A DNA stretch of 64,000 nt from an uncultured Clostridia bacterium (GCA_963558185.1 CAUWFE010000001.1:68029-132028), one strand, 5' to 3'; shown: positions 11,318-20,643, counted from the stretch's first letter. A program made the numbers and translations. Notes: generated by a model not told the origin, from the letters alone.

Positions 11318-11366
11318 TTGACAAAGTGACACAGTGTCATATATAATAATGACATTGTGTCACTTT
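11318..11366 (+). promoter_or_regulatory. Sigma-A type promoter overlapped by two palindromic operators (likely TetR sites)
   Basis: TTGACA (11318-23) and TATAAT-like (11342-47). Operators TGACACAGTGTCA (11327-39) and TGACATTGTGTCA (11350-62). Confidence 0.6.
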
Positions 11367-11403
11367 ACGTATATATCATGTTTCTAATAAAGGAGGGAAA
11401 AAA

Positions 11404-12012
11404 TTGCCAACAGAAACATTTTTTAAACTCTCAGAAGAAAAGAAAAATAAAATAATATTAGCAGCAAAAAAAGAATTAGCAAATGTAAATATAGAAGAAA
11501 TATCTATAAAAAATATTGTAGAAGAGGCAGAAATAGCAAGAGGAAGTTTTTATCAATATTTTGAGTCAAAAGAAGACCTAATAATGTATTTAATACAAAA
11601 TCAAATGAAAATTTTAAAAGAAGAGATAGACAAAAATTTAAGTAATACTGATGGAGATATTACACATGTATTTATTACTATATACGATAGTATCATAAAT
11701 CAAATAATAGAGCATAAAGATAAAAAAATATATGCCAAAATATTTTCTAACATAAAAGCTGGAGAAGATAACTATTTTTGGAGAAAAAATAATATACAAA
11801 ATGAGTGCAAACACTATGAGTTTTGTGAAAAATATATAAAAAAAGATACTTTAAATATAAAATCACAAGAAGACTTTGAAATTATTATTAATATTATGTA
11901 TGCAATTATTAGTTCGAGTATTGGTCATGTAATAAAAACTAGAGAATTTGAAAAAGAAAGAAATAACCTTATAAAGAAATTAGAATACATAAAAAAAGGA
12001 ATTGAAAAATAA
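11404..12012 (+). CDS. TetR/AcrR family transcriptional regulator
   Basis: N-terminal HTH (ISIKNIVEEAEIARGSFYQYFESKEDL). TTG start behind GGAGGG. Confidence 0.85.
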   Translation: MPTETFFKLSEEKKNKIILAAKKELANVNIEEISIKNIVEEAEIARGSFYQYFESKEDLIMYLIQNQMKILKEEIDKNLSNTDGDITHVFITIYDSIINQIIEHKDKKIYAKIFSNIKAGEDNYFWRKNNIQNECKHYEFCEKYIKKDTLNIKSQEDFEIIINIMYAIISSSIGHVIKTREFEKERNNLIKKLEYIKKGIEK

Positions 12013-12032
12013 GAAGGAGGAAGAAATAACAT

Positions 12033-14333
12033 ATGTTAAAAGTATTGAAAAATTTAAAATATTCAGCACTTTCTGTTATTGCAATTATAGCATTGTTATG
12101 TTTACAAGCTACAACAGACTTAGCATTACCAGATTATACTTCTAAAATTGTAAATGTAGGAATTCAACAAGGAGGAATAGAATATTCTACACCAGATGCA
12201 ATAAGAAAGTCACAAATGGATAATTTACTATTATTTACAAAAGATGATGAAAAAATATTAAAAGATTATGAACTAATAAATAAAAACTCATTATCTGAAA
12301 AAGAAAGAGAAAAATACTTAAAAGAATATCCGTTATTAGAAAATGAAGATATATATTTAAAAAAGAATTTAAAAGAAGAAGAACAAGAAGAACTAAAAAC
12401 ATATATGGTAGAGCCATTTATGATATTATCTAATTTAAATAATGAGCAAACACAAAATGAAATAAAACAGCAACTTGTGCAAAGTATGTCTGAGCAAGGA
12501 TTAACCTATGAGCAAATTGAAACTCAAAAACAATTATTTTTAAATATGGATATAATGGATATTTTAAAACAAATGCCACAAGAACAATTTGAGCAAATGT
12601 TACAAGAGGTTGATAAAAAGTTAAATTCTATGCAAGGCTCAATAATAGACCAAGCAGCTATATCATTGGCAAAAGAAGAATACAAAGCTATAGGAATGAA
12701 TACAGACAAAATACAAAATGATTATATATTTATGACAGGACTTCAAATGTTAGGAATAGCATTTATAAGTATGGTAGCAGCAGTGCTAATTATGTTACTA
12801 TCTTCTAGGGTAGCAGCAAAACTAGGAAAAAATTTAAGAGAGCAAGTATTTGAAAAAGTATTACAATTTTCAAGAAAAGAAATAAACAATTTTTCAACAG
12901 CATCATTAATTACACGTAGTACTAATGATATACAACAAATACAACAATTATTAACTATATTATTTAGAGTTGTAGTATATGCTCCAATAATAGGTATAGG
13001 TGGACTTATTAGAGTTATTACAAAAAGTAATACATCTATGGCATGGATTATTGCACTTGCAGTTGTATTGATTATGGCTATAGTAATAGTATTATTTATT
13101 GTAGCAATGCCAAAATTCAAAAAATTACAAGATTTAATAGATAAACTAAACTTAGTATCAAGAGAAATTTTAACAGGTTTACCTGTAATTAGAGCTTTTA
13201 ATACACAAAAACGTGAAGAAGCTAGATTTGATGATGCAAATAAAGTTTTAATGAAAACGAATGTATTTGTTAATAGAGCTATGAGTATTATGATGCCAGC
13301 AATGATGTTAGTTATGAATGGAATAATGCTATTAATCATATGGGTAGGTGGACACAATGTAGATGCTGGTATTATGCAAGTTGGAGATATGATGGCATTT
13401 ACACAATATACAATGCAAATAGTAATGAGTTTCTTAATGATTTCTATGGTATCAATTATGTTACCAAGAGCATCAGTTTCAGCTAATCGTATTGTAGAAG
13501 TACTAGAAACAGAGCCAAGTATAAAAGATAAAAAAGAACTAAAATCTTTTGATGAAAATAAGAGAGGTTTAGTAGAATTCAAAAATGTATCATTTAGATA
13601 TCCAGATGCAGATACAGAAATATTAGAAGATATTGACTTTACAGCAAAACCAGGAGAAACAACAGCAATTATAGGAAGTACGGGTAGTGGTAAATCTACA
13701 GTAGTAAACCTAATTTCACGTTTTTATGATGTAACAGGAGGAGAACTACTTGTAGATGGTGTTAATGTAAAAGATGTTAGCCAAAAAGAATTAAGGAAAA
13801 GAATTGGTTTTGTACCACAAAAAGGAATGTTATTTTCAGGAACAATAGAGTCAAATATAAAATATGGAAAAGAAAATATTTCAAACGAACAAATGATAAA
13901 TTCAGCACAAATAGCACAAGCAGAAGAATTTATAGAAGCAAAACCAGAAAAATATTTATCTGAAATAGCACAAGGTGGAAATAACGTATCAGGAGGACAA
14001 AAACAACGTTTATCAATAGCGAGAGCATTAGCAATTGATCCAGAAATTTTTGTATTTGATGATAGCTTTTCAGCATTAGATTTAAAAACAGATAAAAAAT
14101 TAAGAGAAGCCTTAGCCGAAAAAACAGAAAATAAAACAGTTATTATAGTAGCACAAAGAATTAGTACAATAATGAATGCAAATCAAATAATTGTACTAGA
14201 TGAAGGTAAAATAGTAGGAAAAGGAACTCATGAAGAATTATTAAAAAATTGCGAAACATATAAACAAATTGCGTTATCACAATTGTCAGAAGAAGAATTA
14301 AACAATAATAAATCAGAAGGAAAGGAGATGTAG
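12033..14333 (+). CDS. ABC exporter permease/ATPase fusion (heterodimer half A) with a long insert after TM1
   Basis: Walker A GSTGSGKST, signature VSGGQKQR, Walker B IFVFDD. A charged insert of about 200 aa separates TM1 from TM2. Confidence 0.9.
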   Translation: MLKVLKNLKYSALSVIAIIALLCLQATTDLALPDYTSKIVNVGIQQGGIEYSTPDAIRKSQMDNLLLFTKDDEKILKDYELINKNSLSEKEREKYLKEYPLLENEDIYLKKNLKEEEQEELKTYMVEPFMILSNLNNEQTQNEIKQQLVQSMSEQGLTYEQIETQKQLFLNMDIMDILKQMPQEQFEQMLQEVDKKLNSMQGSIIDQAAISLAKEEYKAIGMNTDKIQNDYIFMTGLQMLGIAFISMVAAVLIMLLSSRVAAKLGKNLREQVFEKVLQFSRKEINNFSTASLITRSTNDIQQIQQLLTILFRVVVYAPIIGIGGLIRVITKSNTSMAWIIALAVVLIMAIVIVLFIVAMPKFKKLQDLIDKLNLVSREILTGLPVIRAFNTQKREEARFDDANKVLMKTNVFVNRAMSIMMPAMMLVMNGIMLLIIWVGGHNVDAGIMQVGDMMAFTQYTMQIVMSFLMISMVSIMLPRASVSANRIVEVLETEPSIKDKKELKSFDENKRGLVEFKNVSFRYPDADTEILEDIDFTAKPGETTAIIGSTGSGKSTVVNLISRFYDVTGGELLVDGVNVKDVSQKELRKRIGFVPQKGMLFSGTIESNIKYGKENISNEQMINSAQIAQAEEFIEAKPEKYLSEIAQGGNNVSGGQKQRLSIARALAIDPEIFVFDDSFSALDLKTDKKLREALAEKTENKTVIIVAQRISTIMNANQIIVLDEGKIVGKGTHEELLKNCETYKQIALSQLSEEELNNNKSEGKEM

Positions 14334-14336
14334 CAT

Positions 14337-16166
14337 ATGCCAGGACCAATGGGAAAAGTTACGGGTAGAAAAAATAAAAATCAAGAAAAAGCAAAAGATT
14401 TTAAAGGAACAACAAAAAAGTTAATAAAAAATTATTTAGCAAATTATAAATGGTCATTATTAATAGTTATAGTATTTGCAATAGCAAGTACAATATTTGC
14501 CATTGTAGGTCCAAAGATTCTTGGTAATGCTACAACTGAAATTTTTAATGGTTTAATAAGCAAATTATCAGGAGGAACAGGAATTGACTTTGGAAAAATA
14601 GCAGGAATATTATTAACATTATTAGGCTTGTATGCAATAAGTTCGCTGTTTTCAATAATTCAAGGATTTACAATGACAGGAGTTGCACAAAAATTAACAT
14701 ATAGATTACGTAATGATTTAGCAATAAAAATTAACAAATTACCAATGCAATATTTCGATAAAAGAACAAATGGAGAAGTATTATCAGTTATAACAAATGA
14801 TATAGACACATTATCGCAAAATTTAAACCAAAGTATTACACAAATTATTACTTCAATTTGTACAGTTATAGGAATAATAATAATGATGCTATCTATCAGC
14901 TGGGAAATGACATTAATTTCTATTATAATTTTGCCAATTACTATTTTTGTAGTAGGAATTATTGCAAAATATTCACAAAAATACTTTAAGAGGCAACAAG
15001 ATTATTTAGGGCATGTAAATGGTCAAGTAGAAGAAGTATATAGTGGATATCTTATTGTAAAAGCATTTAACGGTCAAGATAAAGCATTAAAAGAATTTAA
15101 AAAACAAAATGACGAGTTATATCATTCAGGATGGAAATCTCAATTTTTATCAGGATTAATGCATCCATTAATGAATTTTATAGGGAATGTTGGTTATGTA
15201 GCAGTAGCAATTTTAGGAGGATATTTTGCTATTCAAGGAAAAATAACAGTAGGAAATATTCAGTCTTTTATACAATATAATAAGCAATTTACACAACCAA
15301 TTGCACAAATAGCGCAAATTTCTGGTATGTTACAAGCAATGATAGCATCAGCTGAAAGAGTATTTGAATTTTTAGAAGAGCCAGAAGAAACAAAAGATGT
15401 AGAAAATTCAATATCTACAGAAGGATTAAAAGGAAATGTTACATTTGACCATGTACACTTTGGATATGATGAAGATAAAACAATTATTAATGATTTTAGT
15501 GCAACAGTAAAAGATGGACAAAAAATTGCAATAGTTGGTCCAACAGGAGCAGGAAAGACAACAATGGTAAAATTATTAATGCGTTTCTATGATGTAAATC
15601 AAGGTGCAATATATGTAGATGGACATAATATTAAAGAATTTAATCGTGGAGATTTAAGAAAAATGTTTGGAATGGTGTTACAAGATACATGGTTATTCGG
15701 AGGAAGTATTAAAGATAATATTCGTTATGGAAAACCAGAAGCAACAGATAACGAAGTTATAGAAGCAGCAAAAGCAGCCCATGTACATCATTTTATAAAA
15801 ACACTTCCAAATTCATATGATATGGTGCTAAATGAAGAAACAAGCAATGTTTCAGCAGGACAAAAACAATTATTAACAATTGCAAGAGTAATTTTAGCAG
15901 ATCCAAAAATATTAATATTAGATGAAGCAACATCAAGTATAGATACAAGAACAGAAATTCAAATTCAATCTGCTATGGATAACTTAATGAAAGGAAGAAC
16001 AAGCTTTATAATTGCACATAGATTATCAACAATAAAAAATGCAGATTTAATATTAGTAATGAATCATGGAGATATAATAGAACAAGGTTCTCATGAAGAA
16101 TTACTTGCAAAAAATGGATTTTATGCAGATTTATATAATAGTCAATTTGAAGAATGTGAAGAATAA
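14337..16166 (+). CDS. ABC exporter permease/ATPase fusion (heterodimer half B)
   Basis: Walker A GPTGAGKTT, signature VSAGQKQL, Walker B ILILDEATS. Starts 4 nt after half A. Confidence 0.9.
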   Translation: MPGPMGKVTGRKNKNQEKAKDFKGTTKKLIKNYLANYKWSLLIVIVFAIASTIFAIVGPKILGNATTEIFNGLISKLSGGTGIDFGKIAGILLTLLGLYAISSLFSIIQGFTMTGVAQKLTYRLRNDLAIKINKLPMQYFDKRTNGEVLSVITNDIDTLSQNLNQSITQIITSICTVIGIIIMMLSISWEMTLISIIILPITIFVVGIIAKYSQKYFKRQQDYLGHVNGQVEEVYSGYLIVKAFNGQDKALKEFKKQNDELYHSGWKSQFLSGLMHPLMNFIGNVGYVAVAILGGYFAIQGKITVGNIQSFIQYNKQFTQPIAQIAQISGMLQAMIASAERVFEFLEEPEETKDVENSISTEGLKGNVTFDHVHFGYDEDKTIINDFSATVKDGQKIAIVGPTGAGKTTMVKLLMRFYDVNQGAIYVDGHNIKEFNRGDLRKMFGMVLQDTWLFGGSIKDNIRYGKPEATDNEVIEAAKAAHVHHFIKTLPNSYDMVLNEETSNVSAGQKQLLTIARVILADPKILILDEATSSIDTRTEIQIQSAMDNLMKGRTSFIIAHRLSTIKNADLILVMNHGDIIEQGSHEELLAKNGFYADLYNSQFEECEE

Positions 16167-16185
16167 CAATTGATAATAAAAAATA
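16137..16185. repeat. 49-bp direct repeat, copy 1 (last 10 codons of ABC gene plus 19 nt)
   Basis: Identical to 17471-17519 when read base by base. Confidence 0.9.
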
Positions 16186-16215
16186 GATAAGGAGAGAAAG
16201 CTTATCTATTTTTTT
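16179..16215 (+). terminator. Rho-independent terminator of ABC operon
   Basis: AATAGATAAG-N9-CTTATCTATT followed by T7. Confidence 0.75.
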
Positions 16216-16334
16216 GCTTTATATTTAAATTATTGCATAATGAAAACTTGACACGATATAGTATAATTAAAGTAGAAGTTTATTGAAAAACCAAGAAAAT
16301 GGTTTCTAAGAAAAAGGAGTGAAAAAATATAATT

Positions 16335-16556
16335 ATGGATAAAGAAGAGTTATTAATATTAAAAGAAAAGTGTTTGCCAAAATATTTGTTAAAAGATATA
16401 GAAAATTATTTAAAATATAAGGATGATAAAAAATGTAATTTTGTTGATTGTCTAAAAGATGAAATTTATGGTTCCATTAATTCAGCTTTATATAGTGGTG
16501 AAATAACAAAAGAAATGGCAGAATATTTGAGAGAAAAATATATTTTTAATAATTAA
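16335..16556 (+). CDS. Hypothetical 73-aa protein, upstream partner of HipA-like kinase
   Basis: Intact ORF 17 nt upstream of the kinase gene. No recognisable HTH. Confidence 0.55.
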   Translation: MDKEELLILKEKCLPKYLLKDIENYLKYKDDKKCNFVDCLKDEIYGSINSALYSGEITKEMAEYLREKYIFNN

Positions 16557-16573
16557 AAAGGAGGAATAAAATA

Positions 16574-17461
16574 GTGAAATTGATTGATTTTACTAATTGT
16601 GAGGAATTAGAGTGGAATGGTTATAATGGAGCAAATGGAACAAAGAAATGTATAATATATAATGATAAAATATATTTATTAAAAATCCCATCATCAAATA
16701 AATATAGTAATGGAGCTATTAGCGAATATATTGCTTGTAATATTTTCCAAAGTATAGGAATAAAAACACAAAATACATTATTAGGAGTATATAAAAATAA
16801 TAATGAAGAACAATATGCTGTTGCATGTGAAGATTTTATATTAAATGAAAAAAATAAAACTTTAGATTTAAAGGATTTTGCAAGTTTTAAAAACCAAGTT
16901 ATATCATCATCAGAAAATGGATATGGAACTGAATTAGAAGAAATTCTCAAAACTATTGGAACACTAGAAATTATAGATTCTGTTGAACTGTGTGAACATT
17001 TTTGGAATATGTTTATTGTAGATGCATTACTTGGAAACTTTGACAGGCATAATGGAAATTGGGGATTTCTTGTAAATAGAAATACAGGTAAAGTAGAAAT
17101 TGCACCAATTTATGACTGTGCATCATGCTTGTACCCGCAATTATCAGAAGAAAAAATGGTTGAATATTTAGAAGATGAAGATGAAACAAATAAAAGAATA
17201 TATGTATTTCCAACTTCTGCTATTAAAATAAATAGTGAGAAAATTAATTATTATGATTTTATAAATTCATTAAAACATAAGGAATGCAATGAAGCTATAA
17301 AAAGAATAACACCAAAAATAGATTTGAATAAAATAAGAGATATTATAGACAACACACCAAATATAAGTGATGTTAGAAAAGATTTTTATAAAAGGATGAT
17401 TACAAGTAGATTTGAGAAAATAATAAAACCAGCGTATGATAAATTATCTTGTAGAATTTAG
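16574..17461 (+). CDS. HipA-like Ser/Thr kinase (HipA_C-type catalytic domain only)
   Basis: GANGTKK P-loop-like motif, LLGNFDRHNGNWGF catalytic loop and IAPIYDCAS, matching the HipA C-terminal domain pattern. GTG start behind AAGGAGG. Confidence 0.72.
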   Translation: MKLIDFTNCEELEWNGYNGANGTKKCIIYNDKIYLLKIPSSNKYSNGAISEYIACNIFQSIGIKTQNTLLGVYKNNNEEQYAVACEDFILNEKNKTLDLKDFASFKNQVISSSENGYGTELEEILKTIGTLEIIDSVELCEHFWNMFIVDALLGNFDRHNGNWGFLVNRNTGKVEIAPIYDCASCLYPQLSEEKMVEYLEDEDETNKRIYVFPTSAIKINSEKINYYDFINSLKHKECNEAIKRITPKIDLNKIRDIIDNTPNISDVRKDFYKRMITSRFEKIIKPAYDKLSCRI

Positions 17462-17470
17462 ATAAAGAAA

Positions 17471-17519
17471 AATAGTCAATTTGAAGAATGTGAAGAATAA
17501 CAATTGATAATAAAAAATA
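17471..17519. repeat. 49-bp direct repeat, copy 2 (non-coding copy of ABC 3' end)
   Basis: Identical to 16137-16185. Confidence 0.9.
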
Positions 17520-17553
17520 TCAAAGTAATATGTATATAATACGTAAAAAAGAG

Positions 17554-17589
17554 AAAAATAGATAAGTAAATAAAGCTTATCTATTTTTT
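17554..17589 (+). terminator. Rho-independent terminator, paralog of 16179-16215
   Basis: Same arms AATAGATAAG / CTTATCTATT with a different loop (TAAATAAAG), then a T run. Confidence 0.7.
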
Positions 17590-17629
17590 GGCAATAAGAA
17601 GATAAGCATAAAAAGAAAGGGTTGATAAT

Positions 17630-18067
17630 ATGGAAAAAATCGTAAAAGATTTAAATGTATTTTTATCAGATTTAAACGTATTTTTTAGAAAATTACAAAA
17701 TTATCATTGGTATGTAGAAGGAAGGAACTTCTTTTCAATTCATGAAAAATTAGAAGAATATTATGATGATGTATTTAAGCAAATTGATGAAGTTGCAGAA
17801 CATATATTAATGTTAAATTATGAACCATTAGCAACTATGAAAGATTATTTACAAAATGCAACATTAGTTGAAGCTCAAAATAAAAAAGTAAAGGAAGAAG
17901 AAATATTTAGTGTAGTAATGAATGATTATATCCAATTAATGAAAGAAGCAAAAGATATAAAAACGCAAGCAGACGAAAAACAAGTAGTGGAAACTTCAGC
18001 TTTTATAGATAATTATATTTCTGATTTTAATAAAAAAATATGGATGATAAGACAAATGATGGCATAA
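17630..18067 (+). CDS. dps: Dps family DNA-protection/ferritin-like protein
   Basis: LQNYHWYVEGRNFFSIHEKLEEYYDD is the Dps ferroxidase-site signature. Confidence 0.9.
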   Translation: MEKIVKDLNVFLSDLNVFFRKLQNYHWYVEGRNFFSIHEKLEEYYDDVFKQIDEVAEHILMLNYEPLATMKDYLQNATLVEAQNKKVKEEEIFSVVMNDYIQLMKEAKDIKTQADEKQVVETSAFIDNYISDFNKKIWMIRQMMA

Positions 18068-18162
18068 AGAATAATGCTCTATCTATTACTATAGGTAGGG
18101 TATTTTTACATATATGTTAAAAATTGTAACAAAATTGAAATATAAATGTAACCGAAATGTAA

Positions 18163-18191
18163 TTGTATTAAACAAAAGGATAATATATAAT
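18163..18191 (+). promoter_or_regulatory. Putative promoter of pilin-like gene
   Basis: TTGTAT-17 nt-TATAAT, preceded by three AAAT(T)GTAA(C/T) direct repeats. Confidence 0.45.
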
Positions 18192-18244
18192 TTAAGGTAT
18201 ATAGAATTTTGTAAAATATAATATGAAAAAGGAGAATAAAGAAA

Positions 18245-20047
18245 ATGCAAAAATTATTAAAAAATAAACAAGGTGTAACTTTAATAGCTTTAGTAGTGAC
18301 AATAGTAATATTAATTATTTTAGCAGCCGTTAGTATGACAATGGTGTTAGGAAATAACGGAATATTTGAGCAAGCAAAAAAAGGAGCAAATGCAATGGCA
18401 GAGGCAGAAGCAAATACGCAAGAAGGATTTAATAGTATGTCATCTGAAATTGATAAAATATTAAGTGGGAATGGAGGCTCTGAACAGCCGGAACAAATAA
18501 CAGAAGAAAAACCGAATGCTCCAAAAAAATAGATGGAATGAGTCCAATAAAATTTGTAGAACCAACAGAAAGTGAAAAAGGGCAAGTAGTGGATACAACA
18601 TGGGAAGATAGTGAATGGTACAACTATAAACAAAATAAATGGGCAAATACAAAAACACAAGATGGAAGTATGTGGGTATGGATACCAAGATATGCATATA
18701 AAATAACATATACAAACCCAAGTGATAAATCACAAGGAGGAAGTATAGATGTAAAATTTTTAATAGGAACATCAGATGATTATTATGATGAAGAAAGTAA
18801 AACAATAAAAACAGCCAAAAGGGTAACAACAAAAGAAGAAGTAGCAGATACAACAACTGATTATTATGTACATCCAGCCTTTACAAATGAAAGCAGTATT
18901 GATTTTGCAAATGGTGGTTGGGATAAAGAATTAGAGGGAATATATGTAGCAAAATTTGAAGCAGGATTCCCAGAAGGAAATAATACTGCACCAAATAAAA
19001 AAAGTTCGCAAACATATAGTCAAGAAACAGGATGGGTAAGAGCAGTAGAAGCAGGTACAAGTGGAGATTCAACACAACCAGCAAGAAACTGGCTAGATGG
19101 AATATATGATAAAACAGCAACAAGAATAAGCTATCCAGTATTCCAACCATTAACATATAGCATGAATTATATTAATCATAATGATGCATATAATATATCA
19201 AAAGCAATGAATGAAGAAGGAAACATATATGGTTTTAACTCAAATTCATCAGATACACACTTAATAAAAAGTAGTGAATGGGGAATGGTAAGTTATTTAA
19301 CACATAGCAAATATGGTATTGATGGAAAAAATGGAAATGAAATAGCAGTAAATAATGCAAGTTTAAATAGTGGAGATAGAAAAAGAACAGAAACTGCTGG
19401 AAAATCAGGAGTAGATAGTGTATATGGAATAACAGGAATGACACAAGGAAATACAGATGGTGTAGAAACTGTAGTAAAAATAGATGAAATACGAGCATTA
19501 AAAGCAAATACACCAACACCAACAGGAAGTATGTATGCATGGAATCAAAAAGGAGGAGTAACAGCTTCAACAACTGGAAACATGACAGGAATATATGATA
19601 TATCAGGAGGAACATGGGAAAGAACAGCATCATATGTAGCTAATAACCATAAATATTTACTAAAATTCGGAAAGTCAATAGGGTATAATGGAGATATATT
19701 AAAAATAGAAAGTACAAAATATACAATGGTATACCCACATGATAGTGTATTAGATAATACTAATGTTTTGGATACAGAAGAAAATTTTAATAAAGCAAGT
19801 GAAGCAAACTATAAGAAAAATACAAAAATATATGGCGATGCCATAAGAGAAACATCTATAGAAGGAATCGCAAATACATCATGGAACAAAGATTATTCAA
19901 ATTTTGTGAGTTTATACGGTCCATTTGTTACACGTGGAGGTTATTTATTAAATAGTTCTAGTACGGGCAGTTTTAGTTTCTTTCGCCATGATGGGCAGTA
20001 GTAATTTTGTTGGCGGATTCCGTACAACAGTTGTACCTATGTCTTAG
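18245..20047 (+). pseudogene. Prepilin-type N-terminal domain protein fused to FGE/SUMF1-like domain, interrupted by two frameshifts
   Basis: ORF 18245-18532 carries a class III leader (KNKQG-VTLIALVVTIVILIILA) and stops right after an A7 run. ORF 18538-20001 continues in the -1 frame. The expected C-terminal GFR..V motif is in another frame (19997-20047). Confidence 0.7.
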
Positions 20048-20073
20048 TATATTACCTGGAATATAAATAATAA

Positions 20074-20099
20074 AGTGTATAAAATATTTTCTATACACT
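20074..20099. terminator. Bidirectional hairpin between convergent genes
   Basis: AGTGTATA-N10-TATACACT. Confidence 0.45.
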
Positions 20100-20105
20100 C
20101 CAAAC

Positions 20106-20546
20106 CTACCCTTTAACTATAGCATTTCTTGCAAGCTCATCACAACGATTATTAAATTCATTATCAGCATGACCTTTAACTTTATGAAAAGTAATATCAT
20201 GAACTTTGGTAAAATTATATAATTCTTGCCAAAGTTCTTTATTTTTTACAGGACTTCCATCAGCTGTTTTCCAATTCTTCTTAATCCAATTAGTAATCCA
20301 ACCTTGTAAAAATGCATTTACAACATAAGCACTATCACTATAAACATCAATAGTACAAGGCTCTTTTACCAATTTCAAAGCCTCAATAACAGCAGTAAGT
20401 TCCATAATATTATTTGTAGTATCATTTTGAAAACCAGAAATTTCTTTTCTATAATCTCCAAACATCAAAATAGATCCCCAACCACCAGGACCAGGGTTAC
20501 CTGAACATGCACCATCAGTATAAATTGTAATATGCTTATTTCCCAT
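20106..20546 (-). CDS. rnhA: Ribonuclease HI
   Basis: [29 protein letters not shown] and [17 protein letters not shown] motifs. Confidence 0.9.
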   Translation of the reverse strand: MGNKHITIYTDGACSGNPGPGGWGSILMFGDYRKEISGFQNDTTNNIMELTAVIEALKLVKEPCTIDVYSDSAYVVNAFLQGWITNWIKKNWKTADGSPVKNKELWQELYNFTKVHDITFHKVKGHADNEFNNRCDELARNAIVKG

Positions 20547-20643
20547 ATAAATTTTCCTTCCTCATTGTAAAATTTAACATTTTATGTTATTATATCAGTA
20601 TAAGAAAATTTTATCAAGTATAAAGTTAAAAGGGGGAAATAAA

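Noticed and set aside
12743-13582. Long antisense ORFs in the track, such as 12743-13582(-), 18106-18660(-), 3893-4417(-), 40735-41226(-) and 62269-62721(-).
   Set aside because: They lie fully inside well-supported genes on the other strand, have low-complexity Ile/Leu/Phe/Ser-rich translations, and lack an RBS. They are the expected mirror frames of AT-rich coding DNA.
18538-20047. The FGE/C-type-lectin-fold C-terminus as a diversity-generating retroelement target (variable region).
   Set aside because: No reverse transcriptase, template repeat or Avd-like gene follows. The next gene is convergent rnhA, and no second copy of the 3' ~100 bp was seen in the window.
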